Source: an uncultured delta proteobacterium (GTDB lineage: Bacteria > Myxococcota_A > Polyangia > Palsa-1104). From it: a stretch of DNA of 64,000 nt. The translations under genes were made by a program, and so were the position numbers. Under the pieces are notes generated by a model that had not been told where the DNA came from, ran no database searches, and saw only the letters and a list, made by a program, of their open reading frames with translations. Positions within the stretch are counted from its first letter, which is position 1. Each line of letters starts with the position of its first letter. The stretch is taken from assembly GCA_963785725.1 (NCBI GenBank), contig CAWAWS010000037.1:30345-94344 (forward strand). The letters are read 5' to 3'. Below are positions 40,789 through 54,309 of the stretch, in pieces.

Positions 40789-41781
40789 CTACTTCTGGGT
40801 GAGCTTGACGAACGCTTCGAAGGCGGTGCGCGCTTCGGGGGAGAGCTCGGTCGGGACCTGGATCATGACGACGGCGTAGAGGTCGCCGCGCGGCTTGCCG
40901 GCCGGCGCCGCGCCTTTGCCTTTGAGCCGGAGGCGCCGTCCGCTCGACGAGCCGGCCGGGATCGACATCGTCACCGTCGTGCCTTCCAGCGTCGGCACTT
41001 GCGCCTTGCCGCCGAGCACGGCCACGTCCACCGGCACTGGCACGTCGACTTCGAGGTCGTCCGGGTTCGTCAGCCGTGAAAAGCGCGGGTGCGGCTTGAC
41101 GTGCAGCTCGATCAGTAGATCTCCCGCCGTGCCGCCGCGCGGCGCCGGCTGGCCTTGCCCGCTCAGCCGGATGGTTTGGCCGTCGGTGACGCCGGCGGGG
41201 ATCTTGACGTTGAGCCGCTTGTCTTCGACGACGATCGCCTTCTCGGCGCCGAGCGCGGCTTCGGGCAGCTCGATGTCGAGCTTGGCCACGACGTCGCCGC
41301 CTTTGCGCGACTGCGCCCGCGCGCGACCGCCGCCGGGCGCGCCGCCGGCCTGGCCGCGGAACATCTCGAAGATGTCGCCGAAGCCGCCGGCCTCACCATC
41401 GGCGCCGGGAACGCCGCTGCTGTAGGTGTAGGTTCGCCCGCCGCCCGGTCCGCCTTGACCGCGCGCGCCGCCGAACTGCGAGAACAGATCGTTCAGGTCG
41501 ACGTTGTAACCGGCGCCGCCGCCCGGCGCGCCGCCGGGAAATCCGCCGCCGCCGCCGGCGAACGGATTCTTGCGCTGCTCGTCGTATTGCGCGCGCTTCT
41601 TGTCCTCGCCGATGACCTCGTAGGCCTCGGAGATCTCCTTGAACTTGGCCTCCTTGCCCTTGTCGCCGCCGGTGACGTCGGGGTGGTTCTTGCGCGCGAG
41701 CTTGCGATACGCCTTCTTGATTTCCTCGGCGCTGGCGGTCTCGGAGACTCCGAGCGTCTTGTAGTAATCCTTCGTTGCCAT
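40789..41781 (-). CDS. Class B J-domain protein (CbpA-like, no Zn finger)
   Basis: DYYKTLGV, HPD, G/F-rich linker, C-terminal KIPAG, GDL, LKGKG. Confidence 0.9.
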   Translation of the reverse strand: MATKDYYKTLGVSETASAEEIKKAYRKLARKNHPDVTGGDKGKEAKFKEISEAYEVIGEDKKRAQYDEQRKNPFAGGGGGFPGGAPGGGAGYNVDLNDLFSQFGGARGQGGPGGGRTYTYSSGVPGADGEAGGFGDIFEMFRGQAGGAPGGGRARAQSRKGGDVVAKLDIELPEAALGAEKAIVVEDKRLNVKIPAGVTDGQTIRLSGQGQPAPRGGTAGDLLIELHVKPHPRFSRLTNPDDLEVDVPVPVDVAVLGGKAQVPTLEGTTVTMSIPAGSSSGRRLRLKGKGAAPAGKPRGDLYAVVMIQVPTELSPEARTAFEAFVKLTQK

Positions 41782-41788
41782 GTGATGA

Positions 41789-44410
<2,622 letters not shown>

Positions 44411-44512
44411 CTCGACACCCCTCGGATTGCCCAGCAACGTAACCATCCGTACCAATCGGTCAAGGCGCAGAAGGTGCATCCATTGCGTCCCTGCTTAGGT
44501 TTTCGAGCGGCC

Positions 44513-45877
44513 ATGCGCCGCCTCCGCCAGCTGAGCGAGCTCTCGTTGATCCTGCTACTCGTGAGCGGGCTCGGGCGCGCCGAGGCGCCGCCGCCGGATC
44601 CCTCGCTGGGCCAGCGTTATGACGGTCGCGACCAAGGTCCGCCGGTGACGCCGAACGAAGCGCTGGTGGTGCCGCGGCTCATCCTGTCGCCGGTGCGGCT
44701 GGCGCTCGATGCCGTCGCCGTGCCGCTGCAAGGACTGTTGACCTGGGAAGAACGTAACCACGTGCTCGGCACGCTGCTCAGCGCGTTCACGTCGCCGGAC
44801 GGCTCCATCGGCGTGCGCCCGGCCTTCTTTTATTCGATCTCGTTCACGCCCATCGTCGGCGTTCGCGTCTACGACAAGAAGCTGCTCGGGCCCAACAGCA
44901 ACGCCGAGATCACCGTCATGCTCGGCGGCGTCGACGTCATCCTCAGCGAGCTGTCGCTGCGACCGACGCCGGCCAATCGCGCCGCGCAGACCGTGGTCAA
45001 CCTCATCTACAACCGCCGCAACGACCAAGTCTTCACCGGCATCGGCTACGCCACCGACCACTTCCGCGACGACTACGAAGCGCGCTACGCCATCGAAGCG
45101 CTCGACGGCCTGGTGACCGAGACGCTGTCGCTGGCGCCCGGGATCTTCGTCGACTTCATGAGCGACTTCGGCATCCGCCGCTACGGCGACGGCATCGGCA
45201 CCGACGGCGAGCCGCCCATCAACGACGTCTACTGCGTGCGTCAGCTCAACGGCTTGTGCCGTCCCGGCAGCGTCGACGAAGTGCAGGTGCCCGGCTTCCA
45301 TCGCGGCACGCAGTTCTTCCGCGCCGGCGCCGACATCCGCTTCGACTCGCGCGACAATCAGTATCGGCCGTCGTCGGGCGGTCTGCTCGAATTGGGCGCG
45401 GACTGGACCCATGGCATCAACGACGACCCGTCTCATTATTTGCGGCTGCATGGCGGTTTGAGCGTCGTCCTCGACCTCTTTCAGCGCAGTCGCACGCTCG
45501 TCGCCCGCGTCGAAGCCCACCTGCTGCAGCCGCTCAACGACAACCCGACGCCGTTCTCCGAGCTCATCATCCTCGGCGGACCCGACACCTTTCGCGGCTT
45601 TCGCTTCGGCCGCTTCCGCAACCAATCGTCGCTGTTCGCCGCGCTCGAGTATCGCTGGCCGATCTGGATGTGGATGGACGCCGACCTCTTCGGCGAATAC
45701 GGCGGCGTCTTCGGGCGCGACTTCGAAGGCTTCTCCATCGCGCGCATGCTCCCCGACGTCGGCGCCGGCATTCGCTTGCGCTCGTCGGACGCCTTCTTCA
45801 TCCGCGCCCACGTCGCTTACGGTTTCGGCCCCGACTCCGGCATCCAGTTCTCGCTCTCGGTGAACACGGGGCTATGA
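44513..45877 (+). CDS. Omp85 (BamA/TamA) family outer-membrane beta-barrel, no evident POTRA domains
   Basis: Signal peptide; DSRDN..RPSSG, LGG..FRGF..GRF, EYRWPI, GAGIR, AYG; about 454 aa. Confidence 0.78.
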   Translation: MRRLRQLSELSLILLLVSGLGRAEAPPPDPSLGQRYDGRDQGPPVTPNEALVVPRLILSPVRLALDAVAVPLQGLLTWEERNHVLGTLLSAFTSPDGSIGVRPAFFYSISFTPIVGVRVYDKKLLGPNSNAEITVMLGGVDVILSELSLRPTPANRAAQTVVNLIYNRRNDQVFTGIGYATDHFRDDYEARYAIEALDGLVTETLSLAPGIFVDFMSDFGIRRYGDGIGTDGEPPINDVYCVRQLNGLCRPGSVDEVQVPGFHRGTQFFRAGADIRFDSRDNQYRPSSGGLLELGADWTHGINDDPSHYLRLHGGLSVVLDLFQRSRTLVARVEAHLLQPLNDNPTPFSELIILGGPDTFRGFRFGRFRNQSSLFAALEYRWPIWMWMDADLFGEYGGVFGRDFEGFSIARMLPDVGAGIRLRSSDAFFIRAHVAYGFGPDSGIQFSLSVNTGL

Positions 45878-47460
45878 CGCGCCGGCTCTGCATGCTCGTG
45901 CTGTTGTCGCTGGCCGGCTGCGCGGCCGGCCGCTTCGCCGATCGCGGCATCTTGTGGCACGACCCCGACGATCGGCCGGCGCCGCTGCCGCGCAAAGCGG
46001 AGCCCGACTACAACTGGATCGCCATCCGCGACGTCGCCGTCTTGCCGCTCGATCGCACGCTGACGCTCGATTACGTGCGCGAAGCGACCAACGTCAACGC
46101 GCTCGACGAGACGCCCGATTCGTCGTGGTGGGTCGATCGCCACCGCGTGCCCAACGCGCCGCCGCGCGTGCTCAGCGACGACGAGATGACGCGCGGCGCG
46201 TTCGGCGAGCGGCCGATGCCGCGGCCGCCTTTGACCGTCGTCAAGAGCAAGGACGCGGGCGCCAACATCGGCTTCATCGTCGAAGACGCGCTCGGGCGGC
46301 AGTTCGCGATCAAAGTCGATCCGCCGGGGCTCATCGGCATGGACACGTCGACCGAGGTCGTCGTGTCGCGGCTGGCGTGGGCGGCGGGCTGGTTCGTGCC
46401 GGCCGAGGCGCTGCTCGACCTGTCGCCGAGCGATCTGCTGCTCTCACCCACCGCAACCACAGTCGACAAAACGGGCCAGAAGATCCCGCTCGACAGCGTG
46501 CGCTTCCGCAAGATCTTGGCGCACGCGCCGCTGCAGAGCGACGGCACCATCCGCGTCCTGGCGAGCCTGTGGATCGAAGGCACGATCTTGGGTCCGTACG
46601 CCTATTACGGCCGTCGCAGCGACGACAAGAACGATCGCATCGACCATCAAAACCGACGCGATCTACGCGGTTACGGCGTCTTTTGCGCGTGGGTCAACAA
46701 CATCGACACCACCGACATCAACACGCTCGACAGCTATCTCGGCAAGCCCGGCCAAGGCCACGTCGTCCATTGGCAGCAGGATGTCGGCGGCTCGTTCGGC
46801 GCGCGCGCCGCCAATCCCATCGACTATTGGATGGGCTTCGATACGTACCTGTCGCTGACGCGCATGTTGGAGTCGTTCTTCTCGCTCGGCACGTGGCTGC
46901 GCGCCTGGAGCAGCGACGAAGTGCGCACGCGCCGCGCCCGCGAAATCGCCACCTTTCCCGAGCTCGGCTTCTTCGACGCCGAGCACTTCGATCCGCGCCG
47001 CTGGCATCCGATCTTCGACAACCCGGCCTTCGAGCGTGCGACGCGACGCGATCATTATTGGGGCGCCAAGCGCGTCCTGCAGATCGGGCCGAGCGAGCTG
47101 CGCGCCGCCATCGCCGTCGGACGTTATCGCAAAGCGGCCGCCGATCGGCTCTTCGACGTCTTGTGGCAGCGACGGCAAATCGTGGCGCGCGCCTACTTGC
47201 GCGACACCGCGCCGCTCGACAACTTCACGCTCGCCGGCCGACGCCTGTGCTGGGACGACTTATGGGTCGACGCCGGCCTCGACCATCCCGGCTCGGCCGT
47301 CTATCGCGTCGGCGATCGCGAGCAGCGCGAGCGCTGCACCGACGTCGGCGACGGCTATCGAATCCTCACCTTGCGCGTACACCGCGTGCACGACAAAGGC
47401 TTCGGCCCGTCGGTGCGCGTGCACCTCTTCGACGGTCGGCTGATCGGTATCGAGCGTTAG
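45874..47460 (+). CDS. Lipoprotein with an atypical protein-kinase-like fold
   Basis: Lipobox LAGC; FAIK, TSTE, DTTDIN (DxxxxN), QDVG (DxG); ATGA overlap with the Omp85 gene. Confidence 0.6.
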   Translation: MTRRLCMLVLLSLAGCAAGRFADRGILWHDPDDRPAPLPRKAEPDYNWIAIRDVAVLPLDRTLTLDYVREATNVNALDETPDSSWWVDRHRVPNAPPRVLSDDEMTRGAFGERPMPRPPLTVVKSKDAGANIGFIVEDALGRQFAIKVDPPGLIGMDTSTEVVVSRLAWAAGWFVPAEALLDLSPSDLLLSPTATTVDKTGQKIPLDSVRFRKILAHAPLQSDGTIRVLASLWIEGTILGPYAYYGRRSDDKNDRIDHQNRRDLRGYGVFCAWVNNIDTTDINTLDSYLGKPGQGHVVHWQQDVGGSFGARAANPIDYWMGFDTYLSLTRMLESFFSLGTWLRAWSSDEVRTRRAREIATFPELGFFDAEHFDPRRWHPIFDNPAFERATRRDHYWGAKRVLQIGPSELRAAIAVGRYRKAAADRLFDVLWQRRQIVARAYLRDTAPLDNFTLAGRRLCWDDLWVDAGLDHPGSAVYRVGDREQRERCTDVGDGYRILTLRVHRVHDKGFGPSVRVHLFDGRLIGIER

Positions 47461-47477
47461 AAGGCGGCGAGCTGGAA

Positions 47478-47738
47478 TTAGTAGTGAAACTTGATGCGGA
47501 CGGTCATCGCCGAGATGGGATCGACCATCTTATGGCTGGTCATGTCGGCCTGCGGAATGGCGGACATGCCGCCACCGTCCACGCGATTCAAGATGCGATG
47601 CAAGAGACCGCGTCCCGGGATCTTGTCCTCCGATGAGCGCGTCTGTGAGAAGTCGAAGGGGCTGTAAGCGTGGCGAGCAATCTTCGCCGAAGCGAGCGGG
47701 GACACGAGCAAGCCGCAAGCGAGGGTCAACTTGTGCAT
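47478..47738 (-). CDS. Small hypothetical exported protein
   Basis: 86 aa with a signal-peptide-like N-terminus (MHKLTLACGLLVSPLASA); fills an otherwise empty gap. Confidence 0.3.
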   Translation of the reverse strand: MHKLTLACGLLVSPLASAKIARHAYSPFDFSQTRSSEDKIPGRGLLHRILNRVDGGGMSAIPQADMTSHKMVDPISAMTVRIKFHY

Positions 47739-47903
47739 GGGGTTGAAGGTGACCGGGTGTTGAATTTCTGCCACCTCGATTTAGGCGACACTCGGCGCAA
47801 ACTGTCAGTTAGTACGGTGTGTTACGTGGTGCGTCCGAATGCGACGCCGGCGCCAGCGGCGGTCTCGTGACCATTTCCGCCGGCTCGGCATACACTGCCG
47901 CGC

Positions 47904-50136
47904 ATGTTCAAGCTGCCTGTCCTCATCGTTCTGTGCGCGTCGGTCGCCGGCGCGAGCGAGCCGAGCGATCCCTTCCTGCGCGATCTGGCGCTCACGCAGC
48001 GCTTCGAGCTCGGCAATCCGACGCGCGTGCAGCCGACGCCCGACGGTAAAACGATCTTCTTCCTGCGCGCCGAGCCGCGCTCGCCGGTCAATTCGCTCTA
48101 TCGCTTCGACGTGGCGACGGGCGAGACCAAGAAGCTGTTGGCGCCCGAGGACGTGCTGCGCGGCGCCGAGGAGAAGCTGAGCGCGGCCGAGCGGCAGCAG
48201 CGCGAGCGGCAGCGGCAATCGGGGCGCGGCTTCGTGCACTTCGAGCTCAGCCACGACGGCAAGCTGATCTTGGCGGCGCTGTCGGGTCGGCTCTTCATCG
48301 TGCGCCTCGCCGACAACGACGTGAGCGAGCTGAAGATCGCGGCGCAGCCGGCGCTCAATCCGACGCTGTCGCCCGACGGCACGCAGGTGGCGTTCGTGCA
48401 CGATCGCGACCTCTACGTCTACGACTTGCACGCGCACAAGGAGCGGCGGCTGACGAAGGCGACCGACCCGGCGATCTCCAACGGCATGGCCGAGTTCGTC
48501 GCCGAGGAGGAGCTCGACCGCGTCCAGGGATTTTGGTGGTCGCCCGATAGCCGCCAGCTGGCGTTCGAGGAGGCCGACGCGCGCGGCGTCGAGAAGCTGA
48601 CCTTGCCCGATCTGGCGCATCCCGAGCGCGCGACGGAGCCGGCGCTCTATCCGCGCGCGGGCAAGCCCAACGTCAAAGTGCGCGTCGGCCTCATCGCCGC
48701 GACCGGCGGCACGCCGCGCTGGCTGACCTGGGATACGCAGAAGCTGCCCTATCTGGCCAAGGTCGTCTGGTCGGACAGGGCGCCCTTGACGCTCGTGCTC
48801 TTGTCGCGCGATCAAAAGACGACGGAAGCGCAAGCGTTCGAGAGCAGAGGCGGCGCCGGCAAGACGCTGGTGACCGAGTCGGACGCGCAGTTCCTCGAGC
48901 TCGACCCGACGGTGCCGCGCTGGCTGCCGGACGGCTCGGGCTTCCTCTGGTCGTCGACGGCCACGGGCGCGCCGCGGCTCGAGCTGCACGCCGCCGACGG
49001 CAAGCTGGTGCGGCCGCTGTCGACGTCGGCGGAGTATTACGTCGGCCTCGGCGCCGTCGACGGCAAGCGCCGGCTGGCGTGGTTCACGGGTGCGCCGTCG
49101 CCGGTCGAGTCCAAGATCTACCGCGTCTCACTCGATGGCGGCCCGCCCAGCGCCATCTCGCACGCGCCGGCGCCCGCCGTCGTCCGCGGCAACTTCCCGA
49201 CGACTTACGCGGGCGTGTGGGTCGAGAGCTATCGCGCCGGCGACGCCGTGCCGCACACGATCGTCCACGTCGACGACGACAAAGGCGATCGCGTCGCCGG
49301 TGAGCTGCCGTCGGTAGCGGTGACGCCGCCGTTTGCGCTGAAGCAGCAAATCGTGCGCGTGGGCGCGAACCAGCTGTGGGCGGCGATCGTGCGGCCGCGC
49401 AACTTCGACGCGACCAAGAAGTATCCGGTCATCGTCGACGTCTACGCCGGGCCGCACGTCAACGTCGTGCGCGCGTCGCCGTCGCCGCTGCCGGCAGTGG
49501 ATCGCCGATCACGGCGTCATCGTCGTCGCCATCGACGGTCGCGGCACGCCGCTGCGCGGCAGCGCTTGGGCGCACCACATCGCCGGCGACTTCTCGCGCA
49601 CGCTCGACGACCAAGCGGCCGGCTTGCAGGCTTTGGGCGCGCAGCTCAAAGAGCTGGACCTCACGCGCGTCGGCATCATCGGCTGGTCGTTCGGCGGCTA
49701 CGAATCGGCGCTGGCGGTGCTGTTGCGGCCGGACGTCTTCCACGTCGCCGTCGCCGGCGCGCCGGTGGTGGATTGGCACGACTACGATACGGCTTACACC
49801 GAGCGCTACTTGGGACTGCCCACCGACAACGCCAGAGGCTACGACGCCAGCTCGCTGCTCACCTACGCGGCGCGGCTCGAGCGGCCGCTGCTCGTCGTCC
49901 ACGGCACCGACGACGACAACGTGTACTTCTTGCACTCGCTCAAGCTGATGGACGCGCTCTTTCGCGCGGGACGGCCGGCGCAGCTGCTGCCGTTGCCGGG
50001 CTTTACCCATCGCGTGGCCGATCCGGTCGTCACCGAGCAGCTCAACCGGCGCACGCTGCGCTTCCTGCTCGACGTGCTGCAGGCGCCCAAAGCGCCCGCG
50101 CCGCTGCCTCCGCCGACGCCGACCGCGACGAAGTAA
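47904..50136 (+). CDS. S9B dipeptidyl-peptidase IV family, +1 frameshift near 49491
   Basis: Signal peptide; AEEE, WWSPD, YPRAG, VYAGP, GWSFGG, YDTAYTERY, HGTDDDNV. Confidence 0.88.
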
Positions 50137-50139
50137 CGC

Positions 50140-51354
50140 CTACGGCGCCGCCGGTTTGCTGAGCATGAGGAGGTGCTCCTCGCGCGTGGTCCGGCGCGTG
50201 CGGTCGTAAAAATTCGGGCGCTCCTCGGCCGCCGTCGCGGTGACGACGAGCTTGGCCCGTTCGGCGCCTTGGCGGATGGCGACATCGCCCGGCACGACAT
50301 ACGTCCCCAGCGCCGAGTCGCCGATGGCGACGAACGCCATGCCGCCCGGCTTCAACACGCGCGCAAATTCGATGACGAACACGTCGACGTCCTTTTGCCA
50401 CGCGGCCATCGCCGCTTCCGGCGTGGCCGGCGCCGCGCGCCGTCGCGAGCCGAGCTCGGCCTTGTCGAAGAGCGTCGCGTCGAGCCCGAGCCAGCCGAAG
50501 CGGCGCGCGTGATGCTCGGTGTAATCGTAGGTGCCGAGATACGGCGGCGACGTGAGAATGACATCGACCGTCGCCCGCTTGATGTGCGGCATCTTGCGCG
50601 CGTCACCGAGCCGCACGTCGACGAGCTTGGTGCCCGGCGGCACCGCGGTCGCGAACGCCGTGAGGCTGCGCACCAGCTCGTCGGCTTTGCGCGCGAAGAG
50701 CCGCGACGGCATGCCTTTGCCGAGCGCGCGGGTCACCTCCTCGCCCGAGCTGTCGGACCGTTGCTTCGAGACCTTGACGAGGATCGACGACAGAATCAGC
50801 AACAAGACGCCGCGAATCGGCTCCTTTTCGCCTTCGATCTCTTCGCGCAAGCCGACCAATTCGCGAAAGATGTGCGTGTCGTAATATTTCGGGTCATCGT
50901 ATTGGTGACCGAACGTCTTGGAACGCGTACGCAGCTTCACGCGTTCGAGCGAACGAGCCGACACGGCGGCGGCGCGCTCGTTGAGCAGCATGCGGGCATC
51001 GAAGTGCCACGGCGTCGCCTTCAGCGTCGCCAGCGCGACGGCGAGCGGGTTGGCGTCGACGCCGAAACCGGTGGCGCCGCGCACGGCCGCTTCGACGAGC
51101 GTCGTGCCCGAGCCGACGAACGGATCCAATACGACGGAGCCTTGTTGCGCGGATTCGGCCAAGATGCGGCGACACAAGAGAGGATGAAAACGCGCGGGAT
51201 AGCTGTGAAAGCCGTGGGTCAGCTCACGAGCGTCGGCATCGGTGGGGATCGCCAAGGCTTCGGCGAGCAGCTTGCGCCAGCGCGGATCTCCGTCGCTGCG
51301 CAGGTTGCCACCGCGGGCGGAGAGCGCGCGGCGAGGGCGCGGGGGCGACGACAT
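50140..51354 (-). CDS. Orphan amino-(N4C/N6A) DNA methyltransferase-like protein
   Basis: THGFHSYPARF, LDPFVGSGTT (motif I), GDAR, TSPPY (motif IV), RVLKPGG. Confidence 0.75.
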   Translation of the reverse strand: MSSPPRPRRALSARGGNLRSDGDPRWRKLLAEALAIPTDADARELTHGFHSYPARFHPLLCRRILAESAQQGSVVLDPFVGSGTTLVEAAVRGATGFGVDANPLAVALATLKATPWHFDARMLLNERAAAVSARSLERVKLRTRSKTFGHQYDDPKYYDTHIFRELVGLREEIEGEKEPIRGVLLLILSSILVKVSKQRSDSSGEEVTRALGKGMPSRLFARKADELVRSLTAFATAVPPGTKLVDVRLGDARKMPHIKRATVDVILTSPPYLGTYDYTEHHARRFGWLGLDATLFDKAELGSRRRAAPATPEAAMAAWQKDVDVFVIEFARVLKPGGMAFVAIGDSALGTYVVPGDVAIRQGAERAKLVVTATAAEERPNFYDRTRRTTREEHLLMLSKPAAP

Positions 51355-51474
51355 GGGGCGCAGTATGCCTGATGGGGATGTTCGCGCGACAAGATCGTGC
51401 TATAGGTCTGCGCGCGCGGCTGAAGGTCGCGCGAGCTCGCGCCGGGATCTTCTCGGTGCGCGGTAGAGGATGAC

Positions 51475-54300
51475 ATGGCCAAGGCGAAGAAGCCGGCGAA
51501 GCAGTTGCAGTTGCAGTTGAAAAAAGGTGCGCCGGCGAAGCAGTCGGCGGTGAAGGCGACGGGGCCGAAAGCGAAAGTGACGGCCAAAGTGACGGCGGCG
51601 AGCAAGGCGCCGGTCAAGGCCAAGCCGGTGGCGAAGGCCAAAGCGCCGGTGGCGGCGAAAGGCAAAGCGGCGGCGGCCAAGAAGCCGTTGCCGAAGCCGG
51701 CGGCGAAAGCGGCGGCAAAGCCGATCGCGAAAGCGGCCAAGCCGGTCGCGAAAGCGGCGGCCAAGCCGGTCGCGAAGAAGCATGTGGCCGCGCCGGTCAA
51801 GCCGGCGGGCAAAGCGGGCGCGGCGGTCAAGCCGGCGGCGAAAGCCGTCGCGACGGCGGCGAAGGCGAGCGGCAAAGGGAAGGCGAGCGTCGCCAAGCCG
51901 GCGGCTGCGAAAGCGGCGCCGGCGAAGGCCGGCAGGCCGACGAAGATCGACGGCGCGGCCGCCAAAGTCGAGAGCGCGCCCGCGAAGCCTGCGAAACCCG
52001 CGAAGCTCGAGAGCGCGCCCAAGATCGACGGCGCGTCAGCGAAGGCCGAGGGCGCGACGGCTGCGAACGAGAAGTTGCATGCGCTGACCGGCGAGCCGCT
52101 GCTGCCGCGCGATCGCTCGGCCGATCCGCTGCGTCGGAGCGCGCGTCCGCGAGAGAACGAAGGCGCGACGCCGCCGCCGGCGCATTCGCCGCGGCCGCAG
52201 CAGCCGCAATCGCCGCAGCCGCAGCATCGTCAGCATGGCGGCGATCGGCCGCAGCACCCGCGACAGCAGCCGAATCAGCCGCACAATCGGCCGCCGTCGC
52301 AGCACCATCGGCCGCCGCAGCATCAGCAGCCGCAGCACCATCGGCCGCCGCATCCGCCGGGACAGCAGGCGCGGCCGCTGCCGCCGGCACAGCCGGCGCC
52401 GCCGGCGCAACCTTCGACGGATCCGACCTGGGGCGCGCTGCCGTCGAAGCAGGCGCGCGACGTCGGCGAGTTCGCGGACTTTTGGGGCGCGCCCGAGCCG
52501 CAGTCGCAGCGACCGTGGACGCCGAATGCGCCGTCGCCAGCGCGGCCGCCGCAGCCGTTCGCGCCGCGGCCGCCGCAGTCGGGCCAGCCGCAGCAGCCGC
52601 GGCCGCCGTTTGGAACGGCGACGCAGCCGGGCGGCGAAGAGGGCGGTCGACGCGGCCGTCGTCGTCGTCGCCGCGGGCGTGGCCGCGACTTCGAGGTCGG
52701 CGCCGACGGGCAGCAGAAGCCGGTCGATCCGATCGTGCGCCGCTTGCGGCGGCAGTTCAACCTGCAGAGCTTCCGGCCCGGGCAAGAGCAGGTCATTCGC
52801 GATCTGCTCGCCGGCAAGGACGTGCTCGCCATCATGCCGACGGGCGCGGGCAAGTCGCTGACCTATCAGCTGACGGCGTTCGAGCTGCCCGGCGTCACCG
52901 TCGTCGTCTCGCCGCTGCTTGGCGCTCATGTCGCGATCAGCTGCAGAAGCTGCGGCGCACGGGCGCGGTGGCGGCGCGGCTCGACTCGACCGAAGGCGTC
53001 AAGGCCAAGCGCGAGACGCTCGAGCGCATCGACGAAGGGCGGCACAAGATCATCTACTGCACGCCGGAGCGTGCGGCGTCGGGCTCGCTGGTCAAGGAGC
53101 TGGGCGGGCAGAAGGTGGCGCTCTTCGTCGTCGACGAGGCTCACTGCGTGTCGGAGTGGGGCCACGACTTCCGCCCGGCGTATCTGTCGTTGAAGACGGT
53201 CAAGGATTCGCTGCCGTCGGCCTATCCCGATCGCCGGCCGCCGGTGCTGGCGTTGACGGCGACGGCGACGCCGAAAGTGGCCGAGGACATCTGCAAGCAG
53301 CTCGATCTGAAGGCGCCGGAGAAGATCCACACCGGGTTCAATCGTCCGTCGCTGACGTTCGAGGTGCGCTTCGCCAACGATCTGCGCGAGCAAGTGCGGC
53401 GTCTCCTACGGCTCATGCGTCGCATCAAAGGGCCGGGCATCGTCTATTGCTCGACGGTGCGCGACGTCGAGGCCTTGCACGGCGCGCTGCCGAAGCTGGG
53501 CCTGCGCGTCGGCATGTATCACGGCCGCATGACGTCGAACGAGCGCGAAGAGTCGCAGAAAGCGTTCATGCGCAACAACCCGCGCATCATGATCGCGACC
53601 AACGCCTTCGGGCTCGGCGTCGACAAGCCGGACATTCGCTTCGTGCTGCATTACAACGTGCCCGGCTCGATCGAGCAGTATTACCAAGAGGCCGGTCGCG
53701 CGGGACGAGACGGCAAGCCCTCGCGCTGCATCCTGCTCTACAACCCGAACGACGAAGCGGTGCAGGAGTTCTTCGTCGGCGGAAAATACCCGGGCAAGAG
53801 CGAGTTCAAGTCGGTGGCGTTCGCGCTTGTCGAACGGCGCCTCGTCGCTGAAAGAGGTCGCCATCGCCGGCGAGACGTCGCAGCAAAAGGCGCGCGTCGT
53901 GCTCGGCGTCTTGCGCGACCAAGGCTTCGCCGCCGAGGAAGACGGCGTCTGGCGCGAGCTGAGCGAGGTCGACGATCTGACGCTCGGCCGCGCCGCCGAG
54001 GAGTATCGCAAGCGGCGCGAAGCCGATCGCGGCAAGCTGGAGGCGATGATCAAGTACGCGCGCTCGACGCGCTGCCGGGTCAAGATCCTGCTCAGCTACT
54101 TCGGCGAGAATTCCGGTCCGTTGTGCGGCCGCTGCGACAACTGCAAGAAATACGGCGCCGCCGCCGACGAAGAGCGCATGCACGACATCGGTGCGCCGCT
54201 CGACAACATGGAGCTCGAAGGCGAAGAAGAAGATCGCGAGCCGCTGCCGGAGATTCCGCAAGCGCCGGCGCCGCCGCGTAAAGATCCCACGTTTTTCTAA
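51475..54300 (+). CDS. recQ: RecQ-family helicase with a long low-complexity N-terminus; frameshifts near 52918, 52931 and 53826
   Basis: FRPGQ, MPTGAGKS, VVDEAHCVSEWGHDFRPAY, LTATAT, ATNAFGLGVDK, QEAGRAGRDG, Zn-binding CR..CGRCDNC. Confidence 0.85.
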
Positions 54301-54309
54301 CCGAGCGTC

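Noticed and set aside
44411..44512. CIRCE or HAIR heat-shock operator before clpB
   Set aside because: Neither inverted repeat is present; only a weak TTGACC-N16-TACGTT promoter-like element
52900..53840. Programmed frameshifting or phase variation in recQ and the other split genes
   Set aside because: No slippery heptamers or long homopolymers at the sites; the same +1 pattern across unrelated housekeeping genes points to sequencing error
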